This document shows positions 1-9,302 of a stretch of DNA of 49,431 nucleotides, piece after piece; position 1 is the first letter of the stretch, and the number at the start of each line of letters is the position of its first letter. The position numbers and the translations under genes were made by a program. The notes under the pieces are model-generated. The model was not told the DNA's origin and searched no databases. It saw only the letters and a program-made list of their open reading frames with translations. Source of the DNA: an uncultured Candidatus Poseidoniales archaeon (GTDB taxonomy: Archaea; Thermoplasmatota; Poseidoniia; Poseidoniales; Poseidoniaceae); the NCBI GenBank assembly GCA_964516645.1, contig CAZEXE010000001.1, positions 23,983 through 73,413 of the forward strand, written 5' to 3'.

Positions 1-228
1 AACAGAATATGGGGTAATTGTGGGGCAAGATATCTCCACTATATTTCCTAGACTTTGCCAGTGGTCAATCCAAGTTTGATTGACACGATTGCGCAATCTT
101 CCACCCACTGGTCCAAAATCGTATAGCCCAGCAGCACCGCCATGGATCTCAAATGCTGGCAGAATTACTCCCCTTCTTTTTAGCATGCCCGATAAGCGGG
201 CCAAACGCTCGACAGAGAAGTTCTCCAT
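1..228 (-). CDS. glyS: Glycine--tRNA ligase (archaeal/eukaryotic class II type), N-terminal fragment; the gene runs off the left edge
   Basis: Not in the ORF track because there is no stop in the window. My reverse-strand translation from the ATG at 228-226 is MENFSVERLARLSGMLKRRGVILPAFEIHGGAAGLYDFGPVGGRLRNRVNQTWIDHWQSLGNIVEISCPTITPYSV. The KRRG..P..EI.GG.AG.YD.GP.G block matches the remembered N-terminus of archaeal GlyRS. Confidence 0.6.
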   Translation of the reverse strand, partial: MENFSVERLARLSGMLKRRGVILPAFEIHGGAAGLYDFGPVGGRLRNRVNQTWIDHWQSLGNIVEISCPTITPYSV

Positions 229-495
229 GTACGTGCGTATGACAAGTGGTACATGAGGAAATCGTAAGTTTTCTCTCGGGGGAGAGGTTTATTGACTGTT
301 TGAATTAACCACAGTGAACAAAAATTGGAAGAAAAATTAATCAGAACGGGGGCGTAAATTAATCACCAAAGGTGTAACCGGCTCTTAGTAGATGTATTTT
401 GATGGTTTTTATAGGTGTAAAAATAGTATAAATTTTTGCATATACAATGAAAATGTTCATCAACTCCTCTTGCGCGCTATGCAACTACGCGAGTA
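229..495. promoter_or_regulatory. Divergent intergenic region between glyS and lhr, with AT-rich TATA-like stretches
   Basis: A 267-nt non-coding gap between divergently oriented genes. AT-rich candidates are tttttatagg (about 405-414) and aaatagtataaattttt (about 421-437). A 10-nt direct repeat aaattaatca occurs at 334-343 and 356-365. No transcription start can be determined from sequence alone. Confidence 0.3.
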
Positions 496-3400
496 GTGAA
501 AAAATTGGCAGATATATTATACTTAGATAATCCACTCGACTCTGAGAGTCTTCTGGAATCTTTATGTCAGCCTGTTCGCAATTGGTTCAAAGAAAAATTT
601 CCTGACTTTACAGAACCACAAAAATTGGCAATTCCTGCGATAATAGAAGGTGACCATCTACTACTATGTTCTCCTACAGGTTCTGGAAAAACACTTACTG
701 CATTCTTGACAATTATTGACAAATTAATCCGTCATGCCTTGGAAGGAACATTAGAAGAGAGAGTGTATTGCCTATACATCTCTCCAATCAAAGCATTGGC
801 AAATGATATTCAGAAGAATCTAATCGGACCATTAGAAGAAATCGAGAAAAAATTCCTTCCAGATAGAGCTCAAGGTAAAATTAGAGTTGGTCTAAGAACT
901 GGAGATACCCCTCAATCTGAGAGACAAAAGATGCTCAGGAAACCACCGCATATACTAATCACTACTCCAGAAAGCATGGCAATAGCGATTTCTTCGCCGA
1001 GATTCCAACCCATCGTATCTAATGTAGAGTGGATTATAATTGATGAAATGCATTCTTTAGTTCCCTCAAAGCGTGGAGTGCATTTAGCATTGACTATTTC
1101 TCTGCTAGATACCATTCTAGAGAGACCAGTGCAAAGGATTGGAATATCAGCAACAATGGAGCCATTGGAAACCGTTGCAGAGTTTTTGGTTGCAAGCGAT
1201 GACAGAGAAAGTCGCAACGCTAACCAAACCATAAAAATCGCCAAAATTAGTGGCGCTAGAGAATTGGATTTGGATATACTGTTGTGTTCACCGAAATTTA
1301 GCGACCTTTCTGTAATGAAAGTCCTCGAAATGAATGTAGATATGATTGCCGATTTGATTGGAGCACATACTACAACACTTGTATTTGCAAATACAAGAAA
1401 GATGACTGAAACGTTAGTCCAAAAACTACGTCCATTCTTGGGAGAATTAGTAGCAGGACACCATGGATCTATGGACAAAAGAATACGGTTAGAAGTCGAG
1501 AGAAAACTCAAACTTGGACATCTACGAGCAGTAGTGACCTCATCTTCTCTTGAGATGGGAATAGACATTGGTTCAGTAGATATGGTGATTCAAATTGGTT
1601 CACCAGGGGATATCGCAACCGCACTACAGAGAATAGGTCGAGCAGGGCACCATGTTGGCGGCATTCCTCGTGCAAGGTTTTTGCCTACAAGTGTAGATGA
1701 TCTAATCGAATTAGCAGCCTTACAATCTGCAATCCAAACCGGAGAAATGGATCTGTTAGATTTCCCGCAAAATTGTCTAGATGTCTTGTCTCAATTCCTA
1801 ATAGGTTTGGTGATTATTAATGAGAGAGATATCGATGAAGCTTTTGAAATAGTTACAAACACTTGGTCATACAGAAATTTAGGCTATGATGATTTCATTG
1901 AAGTCCTTGATATGCTCGAAGAAGAAAGGCGTGTATGGATTGATTGGGAAGAAAATATCTATGGAAAACGAGGATATTCTAGAATGATTTACTATACAAA
2001 CGTCGGAACAATTGCTCCTGATAATTCATATCTAGTTTTCAATGCCGAGGGAAGTATATTGGGACAATTGTCTTCTTCTTTCGTTGCAAATTTACGTGGT
2101 GGAGATGTGATATTGCTCGGTGGATCGACCTATCGAGTTACCAATATTCAAGGGACCCGCGTTAATGTTAATTCGGTTACAGGATATCGGCCAACAGTTC
2201 CTTCTTGGAGTGGTGAAGCAAGGAGCAGATCTAGAGAATTATCGAGAGCGCTCTTAGACTTGATAGGACATAGTGCTAATGCACTCAGAAGGCAAAATGA
2301 TCCTAGAGTGATTTTACGTGATGCATATGGCTTGAGTGAAGGTGTATCAAACACGATTGCGAGACATTTGGAAGAACACACCTTGGACTCATTCCAAGTT
2401 CCTGACTCTAATCGGTTGATTGTAGAGCAAATTGTATCTGGCGGGATGCCTACTTATCTGATTACATCATGTAGAGGAAGAGGATTCAATACTGCACTGG
2501 GATACTTCATGGCAGGATTGGCTGAACAAGATGGAATTGCGGTTTTAGAATTATCATTTGATGAAAATGGGCTGCTGATAAAAACAAGTCAAGAGGTTGA
2601 CCCTGGAAAGATGTACGAATCTTTCCAATCAAATGACCACATAGAAGTTATTGAAAGGTATATTGTGAATACTCAAATTTTCGCTAAAAGATTTAGGGAA
2701 ATCGCGGGACGTTCCCTAATTATTCCTAAGCGAATAGGGGCTGAAGAGGTGAGCCCCCAACAATTCCAGCAAAGAGCCGATGCTTTACTGCAAAGACATC
2801 GTTCAATCGAGGACTCATTGCTAATTAGAGAAGCAAAATCTGAAATAATGTTTGGAGATATTGACATCAAATCTCTGAATGATTTCTTGGTAGCTAGTAA
2901 GGAATCAGAAGCACGTATTGTCCACACTAAAGTCCCTGTACCATCTAGATTAGGAATGAGCCTATACATGAGCACATTCGAAGATTTACTATCTATGAAA
3001 ACAAGGGCTTTCCTTGTCAAAGATATTGACCCTGAGATTCTCAAAAGATTACTCGGCAATAGAAGCCTAGCCACTGAGTTGAGTAAAGAGCAATTAGGTG
3101 AATACTATTCAGGTAAAGTCCCCAAACCAGCCAATGCATATGAATTACTTAATTTGATGAGTAAGGGTGGTGGATTGGATAGAAAATGGGAAAATCCACT
3201 TTATGCTGCTAAATTAAAGGGCATTGAGCACAAAACCATTGAAACTTGGGTACAAGAGTTGGCAGGTCAAGGTTTGATCACAAAATTACGTTCCACTGGA
3301 ATGGCTGAATTAGATGATAAATGGTTCACTACATACATGGCAGAAATTCACGGCACCTTAGGTTGTATTTCGGAAGCCGGTGGAAAAGAGATGGAGGACA

Positions 3401-5790
3401 TTAGAGAGCTGTACACAAAAGGGATTTCCTATGAAGTTGCAAGTGAATTTGATGGCTTGAAACCAACGAAGTGGGAAACACGGAAAATCAGCGACCCACA
3501 TGAAGCATTGCGTGTAAAAATCATCGAAATGCTTGGCAGCGAAGGTCCAGCTATGGGCGATGAAATTTCCAAAAGATTACCATTCCCGCAGGGTCAAATT
3601 GATTCCATTTTGCACGAATTGGAAATGAGGAATGTAATTTCAGTAGGATTCTATAAACAAACAGATGAGGCTGAATATATTCTGAAAGTCGATGAGCATA
3701 AAATTACTGGTGGTGAAGAAGATGTTGTTGAATACCGCTGGGTACAAAATCTCGTTATGCAGAAATCCTTTGAGCAATATCCCGATGGATTTACTGCATT
3801 TGACCAACATATTCTATTCCAAAAACAACAAGAAATGTTGTACCGCGTAAGTGGCTTCAGATATGCAGATTGGAAAGATTTGCAACTCGATTCGGATGTA
3901 GTAATGGGTCGACTTCTACACAATCGAATTGGATATACAACGCGGAAAAATATACCTATGCTTCTGGGCCTAAAACCTGAACCTTGGCTTGGAGAGATGG
4001 AAAAATTGATTCTTGAAAAAATTCCAATAGGTGAAAATCTAACCCGCCAAGAAATTCTAGCGGACTTCCCTAAAGGTGAAGACCACAAGTCATTACAAAG
4101 AGACCTGAAGAATGCTATTAGCAATCTAGAGAGACAACTTTGCCTTGTGAAACAATTTGAAGATGTTAGTGGTAGACGTAGGCGATTGTCATTATTCCAC
4201 AGAGTAATCGGTGTCTATCAAGCAATGGATTTTGAAGATGCACTTGTTGAAGTAATCAAGAGGATGGGGCCTGTAAAGGCATTCACACTTCGATACTATG
4301 TCTCAAGAAATGTTGAAGAATTGGCAATTGCACTTCGTAACTTGGAGAACCAAGGGAGAATATCGAAGATTATGGCTCTAGTACCCGAACCTGAAGCATT
4401 TTATGTCATACCTGATGAAGTATCCAAACTAAGCACACAAAATAGAGAAGATAGAAAATTGCGGATATTGACACAATCTGACCCATATGTTTCTAGATTT
4501 ATTTGGGAAGTACGCTCTGTTCTTGACAGGGGTTGGTATCTACCTGTTTTCAAGGGAGTAGATCCAATTGGTAAAGTGTTGATGTTCAAAATCAACGACT
4601 ATCTAGAAATCAAGGATATGCACATTCCATATGCATATTTGGATGAATTTTGTGAGGCCTTTGAAAAATTACTTGATAATCACTCAGACCAACTGGTAGA
4701 TGTGGCGATGCTTTCTCAATTTAATGGAATTCCAGTGACAGAATTGGAAGAGGATTCAAGAAAAGCATTGGAAAATATTGGATTCAAATTAGCTGGAGAG
4801 AGAATGATTCGTGGTGGAGTAGTAGACCCCCAACCTCGAGAAATTGCGGAACGCGCATTATTCAATCGCCATCATTTACACCAAAACTCACGCTTAGAAA
4901 ACGAAATTCAAGCACTCGAAAGTGTACAAGAAGTGCGTGATGACTTTGGTTTACGTGGACGTGCTGAGGTATATCGTGTTAGCCTGAAGAATATGGCAAG
5001 TGCCCATAAATTGCACCAGGGCATTAATCTGCGCGGCCACCAAGTTTGGGCCTCATATGACCACTTTTCTACACTTCTAGCAATACGTGGAGACGAGCCA
5101 AACGATGAATTACTTGACATTCTAGAATTCTTTGAGAATCACAGCGATCCAAACTTATTCATGGAGAGACATGCGATGAAAAGAGCTGAATTTAGAAAAT
5201 TGATTCAGCCATTACTAAGAAGCGGACACATGGTACAGGATTATCGTGGAGGTTTCCGGTCTGTTGCGCCAAGACAAGGGTTGGACCCTGTTATTCTACG
5301 GAGAGAATATTTACGGCGTCTTGTATCTGATTTTCCTGTAATCACACTAAAACAGTTCATTAGATTAGCAGGGACGCCATTCAAGCCAGAAGAATTGAAA
5401 GCGATTTTAACAGAATTCGAAGAAGATTCCACATTGATTAAAGGATTCTTGATTCAGGATTTGCACGAAGTCTGCTGGGGCCGAAAGGATTTACTCAATG
5501 AGGCAAAGAGTGTACCACCTATTCGTGATTTCGTTATTCCGCCATCGGACCCTATTGCACCTTATTTCGCAGATGTCCTCAAGCAAAAGTTTGGATTTGG
5601 TAGCGCATACTTGGTTTTCAGAAATGCCGAGCCTGTTGCTGCATTCAAGGCAAACACCCGAGATAAAACAATCGATGTAACAGATTATGAGGGTTCAGAA
5701 AAGGGTTGGAGAATAGTCAAAGAATTCGCATGGGAACATCAAATGCCACTCAAGACCGAACTGAGAATTGGTGGCAAGAGAATGAAGTGA
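496..5790 (+). CDS. lhr: Lhr-family (large helicase-related) superfamily-2 DEAD/DEAH-box ATP-dependent helicase, unusually long form (1764 aa)
   Basis: GTG start immediately after an in-frame TAG. Helicase motifs: I CSPTGSGKT, II IIDEMHS (DExH), III ISATM, V VVTSSSLEMGIDIG, VI QRIGRAGH. The Lhr-typical N-terminus is VRNWFKEKFPDFTEPQKLAIP. About 900 further residues contain winged-helix-like segments and a YcaQ/AlkZ-like C-terminal end (VIPPSDPIAPYF...KFGFG). Confidence 0.85.
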   Translation: MKKLADILYLDNPLDSESLLESLCQPVRNWFKEKFPDFTEPQKLAIPAIIEGDHLLLCSPTGSGKTLTAFLTIIDKLIRHALEGTLEERVYCLYISPIKALANDIQKNLIGPLEEIEKKFLPDRAQGKIRVGLRTGDTPQSERQKMLRKPPHILITTPESMAIAISSPRFQPIVSNVEWIIIDEMHSLVPSKRGVHLALTISLLDTILERPVQRIGISATMEPLETVAEFLVASDDRESRNANQTIKIAKISGARELDLDILLCSPKFSDLSVMKVLEMNVDMIADLIGAHTTTLVFANTRKMTETLVQKLRPFLGELVAGHHGSMDKRIRLEVERKLKLGHLRAVVTSSSLEMGIDIGSVDMVIQIGSPGDIATALQRIGRAGHHVGGIPRARFLPTSVDDLIELAALQSAIQTGEMDLLDFPQNCLDVLSQFLIGLVIINERDIDEAFEIVTNTWSYRNLGYDDFIEVLDMLEEERRVWIDWEENIYGKRGYSRMIYYTNVGTIAPDNSYLVFNAEGSILGQLSSSFVANLRGGDVILLGGSTYRVTNIQGTRVNVNSVTGYRPTVPSWSGEARSRSRELSRALLDLIGHSANALRRQNDPRVILRDAYGLSEGVSNTIARHLEEHTLDSFQVPDSNRLIVEQIVSGGMPTYLITSCRGRGFNTALGYFMAGLAEQDGIAVLELSFDENGLLIKTSQEVDPGKMYESFQSNDHIEVIERYIVNTQIFAKRFREIAGRSLIIPKRIGAEEVSPQQFQQRADALLQRHRSIEDSLLIREAKSEIMFGDIDIKSLNDFLVASKESEARIVHTKVPVPSRLGMSLYMSTFEDLLSMKTRAFLVKDIDPEILKRLLGNRSLATELSKEQLGEYYSGKVPKPANAYELLNLMSKGGGLDRKWENPLYAAKLKGIEHKTIETWVQELAGQGLITKLRSTGMAELDDKWFTTYMAEIHGTLGCISEAGGKEMEDIRELYTKGISYEVASEFDGLKPTKWETRKISDPHEALRVKIIEMLGSEGPAMGDEISKRLPFPQGQIDSILHELEMRNVISVGFYKQTDEAEYILKVDEHKITGGEEDVVEYRWVQNLVMQKSFEQYPDGFTAFDQHILFQKQQEMLYRVSGFRYADWKDLQLDSDVVMGRLLHNRIGYTTRKNIPMLLGLKPEPWLGEMEKLILEKIPIGENLTRQEILADFPKGEDHKSLQRDLKNAISNLERQLCLVKQFEDVSGRRRRLSLFHRVIGVYQAMDFEDALVEVIKRMGPVKAFTLRYYVSRNVEELAIALRNLENQGRISKIMALVPEPEAFYVIPDEVSKLSTQNREDRKLRILTQSDPYVSRFIWEVRSVLDRGWYLPVFKGVDPIGKVLMFKINDYLEIKDMHIPYAYLDEFCEAFEKLLDNHSDQLVDVAMLSQFNGIPVTELEEDSRKALENIGFKLAGERMIRGGVVDPQPREIAERALFNRHHLHQNSRLENEIQALESVQEVRDDFGLRGRAEVYRVSLKNMASAHKLHQGINLRGHQVWASYDHFSTLLAIRGDEPNDELLDILEFFENHSDPNLFMERHAMKRAEFRKLIQPLLRSGHMVQDYRGGFRSVAPRQGLDPVILRREYLRRLVSDFPVITLKQFIRLAGTPFKPEELKAILTEFEEDSTLIKGFLIQDLHEVCWGRKDLLNEAKSVPPIRDFVIPPSDPIAPYFADVLKQKFGFGSAYLVFRNAEPVAAFKANTRDKTIDVTDYEGSEKGWRIVKEFAWEHQMPLKTELRIGGKRMK

Positions 5791-5825
5791 AATCTTCATA
5801 CCCATTAAGTGAAATATATCTGTAG

Positions 5826-8800
5826 ATGAGTGGACTAAATATGGGATATTCCGGTGTTAGATTAAATAACAAGTTTCGTAGACGGTTAATTGTGAACCGA
5901 AAGGCGATTTTGCTAACTGCCCTAATGTTGATGGTTTCGGCTAGTCCATTTATCACACCTTCTTCAGCTAATGAAGTTCAGGACATTGAAGTACTAAACA
6001 CAGTAGTCAACCCTGCAAACAACCACACCTACCATCTTCTTTCTGCTTCGTCATGGAGCGATGCAGCAACTGTGGCAAGAAGCCTAGGGGGATTCCTAGT
6101 TACTGTGGATGATACGGATGAAGACCAATGGATATTCGAGACTTTTGCAGTTGGCAATAATACAACAAGACACCTATGGATTGGCTTGTCTGACCACCAA
6201 AACGAGGGAGATTACCGTTGGCACGACGGCACCCCGTTTACATACAGAAATTGGGGTGAAGGGCAACCTGGTAACGGTGATGATGAAGATTACGTTCACA
6301 TCACTGGAACCAATATGGGATCCATCGATCCGGCTTCTTGGAATGATTTAGAAGATGATCCACAATATTTCCCAGTTTACGGTGTCGTGGAAATCGGAGA
6401 GGGGGCAGATTATGCTCTGCGATTTGACGGTGAGAACGACCACATCAAGATAGACGAAGAAATACCAAATTGGAATGGTGAAATCGAAATCGAAGCATGG
6501 GTAAACGTTCCTGATACCGACGGAATCCAATTCATTACAATGTTTGGCGACTACGGCTGGGGGTTGTACCTAAACGATGGATACCTCGCATATTCCAATG
6601 AATATTCTTTATCTCAAAACCCTACTTCAAATGATTCTATTCAGGAAGGTGTTTGGACGCATGTCAAGGTAGTTGTAAATTCTCAGAACGGAGGTGAATT
6701 CTTCATCGACAACCAATCTGCAGGACTAATTGATGTTAATGATTCGCAGATTCCTGCAGGTGATTTTGGCTCAAATGATTGCTTTCAATCAGGTGATGAT
6801 TGTGATGAATTGTTTATTGGAAGAATGGGGGCAGGCTGCGATTGTAACTACTTCCAAGGAATGTTAGATGACATACGAATAGGAAATTCGATGAACGAAT
6901 CTGTATGGGTGTTTGGCGAAGGTGAAGGAGACTACACCGAAGATTCACAGGGTTGGGGTGGAGAAATTCATGGTGCCGCTTGGGTTATGCCTGATGGTAC
7001 GATTATAGCACAGGCTGTAGAATTGGAAAATGGTGAATATTACGATAATATTGATGCAAGCGCAGGAGATACCTTGCTATTCTTTATGGATATTCCAGAA
7101 AATACTCAATATGTTTCTTTGAGCATATATGCATGGGACTTTGATTTTGATGAAGAATTCAATGAAGATACTGAATATGAAATCTATATTTCAAGGGATG
7201 AGATTCCTTCAGCATGGGATCACGATTATCATGTTGAGACCTTTGAATGGCTATATGTCTACGAATATTTCGAATGGCCAGAGGAAGGAACATACTGGAT
7301 TACTGTTTCCTCAAATTACGATATTTCGAACATGGAAATAAACGCATATTGGGAAGAAGCCCCTGAACCACCAGAATTAGATGAAATGACTGAATTGAAT
7401 GATGGTATCTCTGTCACTGGTCAAAGAATTGCAAGAGAAAGTGGTAAATCATTGTATTATTATGTTGACCTGCAAGATGAACTTGCTGAATTAAGAGTTA
7501 GCACATGGGGAGGGCCTGGTGACTGTGAACTTCACATCGCACTAGGTGCACTACCAATGACTGATGATTGGGGCTGGATCGAAGACGATTTCGTAATCGG
7601 TGAGGCGAGTAGTAGCAATGGTCGTCAATTTGGAGGCCAGCAAACTTCAGACCACTCATACAATTCAGGTAACGATGAAGTCGTGCAAATTTTCGACGCA
7701 CAGCCAGGAATTTACTATGTTATGATGACTACATATTCAGGATGTAGAGATGTTACAATCCAAGCAGATTTCACTTACAGCCCTAACAATATCGACCCAG
7801 AATCAGCAGTGGAATTGACTGATGGTATTCCGTATGGTCCGCTGAGTGGATTTGATGGCCTTGACCAATTCTTCTACATTGACGTACCAGTAGGCACGGA
7901 AAGGTTGGAAGTAGATTTGAACAATGGAGATGGTGAAGCTAAATTGATGATGAGGCTTGACCAAAACCCTACATGGACTACATATGACAAACACTCAAAC
8001 GCACCAGGGGCAGGAGATAAAATTGGATTCAATGATCCTACCCCTGGCCGATGGTACATTCTCTTAGGCAGTGAAGAGCACTATAGCCGAATTGACATCA
8101 CAGCATCATTTGAGGATAGATATGTTTGGACTTATGATGGAGACCCAATTCAGTTATTCAATGAGGAAGAAATTGGTGGAATGAGTGCACCTGAAGGCGA
8201 AGAATTGTACTTCTTTATTGATTTAGGAGATACTTCTGCTATGGATTTGACAATCAGAACATGGGGTGGCGAAGGCGACCTCGGATTATTTGCTGAGATG
8301 GAAGAATTCGAATGGGGTGATTTCGATGAACGCCCAATGGGAAGACAATTTGGTAATACAGAATTTGAATCCGATTGGGGTGGTGCGGAAGAAGAAATCA
8401 ACATTTTCTTTGCAACAGGAAGAATTGATATCACAATTTTCGCCAACACCGATATCGAAGATATTTCGATTATTGCTACATGGGAAGACTTTGATATGCC
8501 TGGGCCAGGACCTGATCCTCCTGGACCTGACCCCCCAATTGATGATGAAATATTAGTTTGTGACGAATATGTTGGAATAATTTTTGAAGAACTCGACAGA
8601 AATGGAGATGGAGATATTTCAACCGATGAACTCATTGACGGACCAGACGAGGAATTTGAAGATATAGACATCAACAGGGATGGTGTAATCGATAAGACTG
8701 AAGCTACAATATTTACCTGTACATGTGATAACGAGTTACATATCACTCTAGACCAAATCAGTTCAGATGATAGAGGTTTCAGCATCGAACAACTTTCGAG

Positions 8801-9302
8801 CATCGCGTGGAAGAATGAATACGATTTCTTTGAGATGGATACGAACAACGATATGAGAATAGATTACGATGAGGTTGAAGAATACGTAGAGAATTGCGTC
8901 ACTACATATGACCCTCTAGACCGAGATGGTGACGGCACTCCTAACGATAAGGATGCTTTTCCAGATGATCCTGATGAAGACAAGGACACAGACGGTGATG
9001 GAATTGGAGATAATGCAGATTTCATCGCATCGGTAAACAATGATGTGATATGGGTTTCAGCAAGTATTCTGGGACTGATTTTGGTAACAGTTCTTGGAAT
9101 CATGTATGTGCGTACTAGGAGAGGTTCTGAGTATGCATGGGAAGAATATCAGAAGGACAATCTGTCTGAGGCTATGTTATCGCATATGACAAATCCTGCT
9201 CTAAGCCCACCTTCACAAGAAGTGGTTCCACCTGCATTAGATTTGGGTCCACCTGTCGACAATGTACCAGAAGATATGACTGTTTCAGATCTTTACGACT
9301 GA
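5826..9302 (+). CDS. Giant secreted type-I membrane protein: signal peptide, C-type lectin-like domain, LamG/ConA-like domain, four PPC-like modules, Pro-rich linker, EF-hand pairs, TSP3 Ca-binding repeats, TM anchor and 60+ aa Pro-rich cytoplasmic tail
   Basis: Leader is RKAILLTALMLMVSASP. CTLD motifs are LWIGLSDHQNEGDYRWHDGTPFTYRNWGEGQPG and SWND. EF-hand loops are DRNGDGDISTDEL and DINRDGVIDKTE. TSP3 repeat region is DRDGDGTPNDKDAFPDDPDEDKDTDGDGIGDNAD. TM segment is VIWVSASILGLILVTVLGIMYV followed by RTRRG. The start could instead be the ATG at 5841. Confidence 0.8.
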   Translation: MSGLNMGYSGVRLNNKFRRRLIVNRKAILLTALMLMVSASPFITPSSANEVQDIEVLNTVVNPANNHTYHLLSASSWSDAATVARSLGGFLVTVDDTDEDQWIFETFAVGNNTTRHLWIGLSDHQNEGDYRWHDGTPFTYRNWGEGQPGNGDDEDYVHITGTNMGSIDPASWNDLEDDPQYFPVYGVVEIGEGADYALRFDGENDHIKIDEEIPNWNGEIEIEAWVNVPDTDGIQFITMFGDYGWGLYLNDGYLAYSNEYSLSQNPTSNDSIQEGVWTHVKVVVNSQNGGEFFIDNQSAGLIDVNDSQIPAGDFGSNDCFQSGDDCDELFIGRMGAGCDCNYFQGMLDDIRIGNSMNESVWVFGEGEGDYTEDSQGWGGEIHGAAWVMPDGTIIAQAVELENGEYYDNIDASAGDTLLFFMDIPENTQYVSLSIYAWDFDFDEEFNEDTEYEIYISRDEIPSAWDHDYHVETFEWLYVYEYFEWPEEGTYWITVSSNYDISNMEINAYWEEAPEPPELDEMTELNDGISVTGQRIARESGKSLYYYVDLQDELAELRVSTWGGPGDCELHIALGALPMTDDWGWIEDDFVIGEASSSNGRQFGGQQTSDHSYNSGNDEVVQIFDAQPGIYYVMMTTYSGCRDVTIQADFTYSPNNIDPESAVELTDGIPYGPLSGFDGLDQFFYIDVPVGTERLEVDLNNGDGEAKLMMRLDQNPTWTTYDKHSNAPGAGDKIGFNDPTPGRWYILLGSEEHYSRIDITASFEDRYVWTYDGDPIQLFNEEEIGGMSAPEGEELYFFIDLGDTSAMDLTIRTWGGEGDLGLFAEMEEFEWGDFDERPMGRQFGNTEFESDWGGAEEEINIFFATGRIDITIFANTDIEDISIIATWEDFDMPGPGPDPPGPDPPIDDEILVCDEYVGIIFEELDRNGDGDISTDELIDGPDEEFEDIDINRDGVIDKTEATIFTCTCDNELHITLDQISSDDRGFSIEQLSSIAWKNEYDFFEMDTNNDMRIDYDEVEEYVENCVTTYDPLDRDGDGTPNDKDAFPDDPDEDKDTDGDGIGDNADFIASVNNDVIWVSASILGLILVTVLGIMYVRTRRGSEYAWEEYQKDNLSEAMLSHMTNPALSPPSQEVVPPALDLGPPVDNVPEDMTVSDLYD
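6015..6395 (+). other. C-type lectin-like domain (cysteine-poor variant) within the 1158-aa protein
   Basis: WIGLSD...W.W.DGTP..Y.NW..GQPG...WND follows the canonical CTLD long-loop pattern. QPG occupies the EPN/QPD position. The usual disulfide cysteines are absent. Confidence 0.65.
7015..8495 (+). repeat. Four divergent tandem pre-peptidase-C-terminal (PPC)-like beta-sandwich modules at the protein level
   Basis: Recurrent pattern: ELENGEYYDNIDASAGDTLLFFMDIP; ELNDGISVTG...LYYYVDLQDELAELRVSTWGGPGDCELHI; ELTDGIPYGPL...QFFYIDVPVGTERLEVDLNNGDGEAKLMM; GGMSAPEGEELYFFIDLGDTSAMDLTIRTWGGEGDLGLF. Confidence 0.55.

Noticed and set aside
912-5432. Antisense and alternative-frame ORFs inside lhr (912-1568, 2148-2381, 2673-3074, 3651-4124, 4401-4595, 4908-5120, 5241-5432).
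   Set aside because: They lie wholly inside a 1764-aa ORF with clear helicase motifs. Their translations are low-complexity Ser/Ile/Leu-rich with no motifs, which is typical of shadow ORFs.
6015-6395. The idea that the C-type-lectin fold marks a diversity-generating retroelement target.
   Set aside because: There is no reverse transcriptase, no template repeat and no adenine-biased duplicated segment anywhere in the window. The domain is at the N-terminus, not the C-terminal VR position typical of DGR targets.
8150-8848. A 232-aa antisense ORF inside the lectin/EF-hand surface protein gene.
   Set aside because: Its Ser-rich, low-complexity translation mirrors the Asp/Glu/Gly-rich sense strand. 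The sense frame carries EF-hand and TSP3 motifs.
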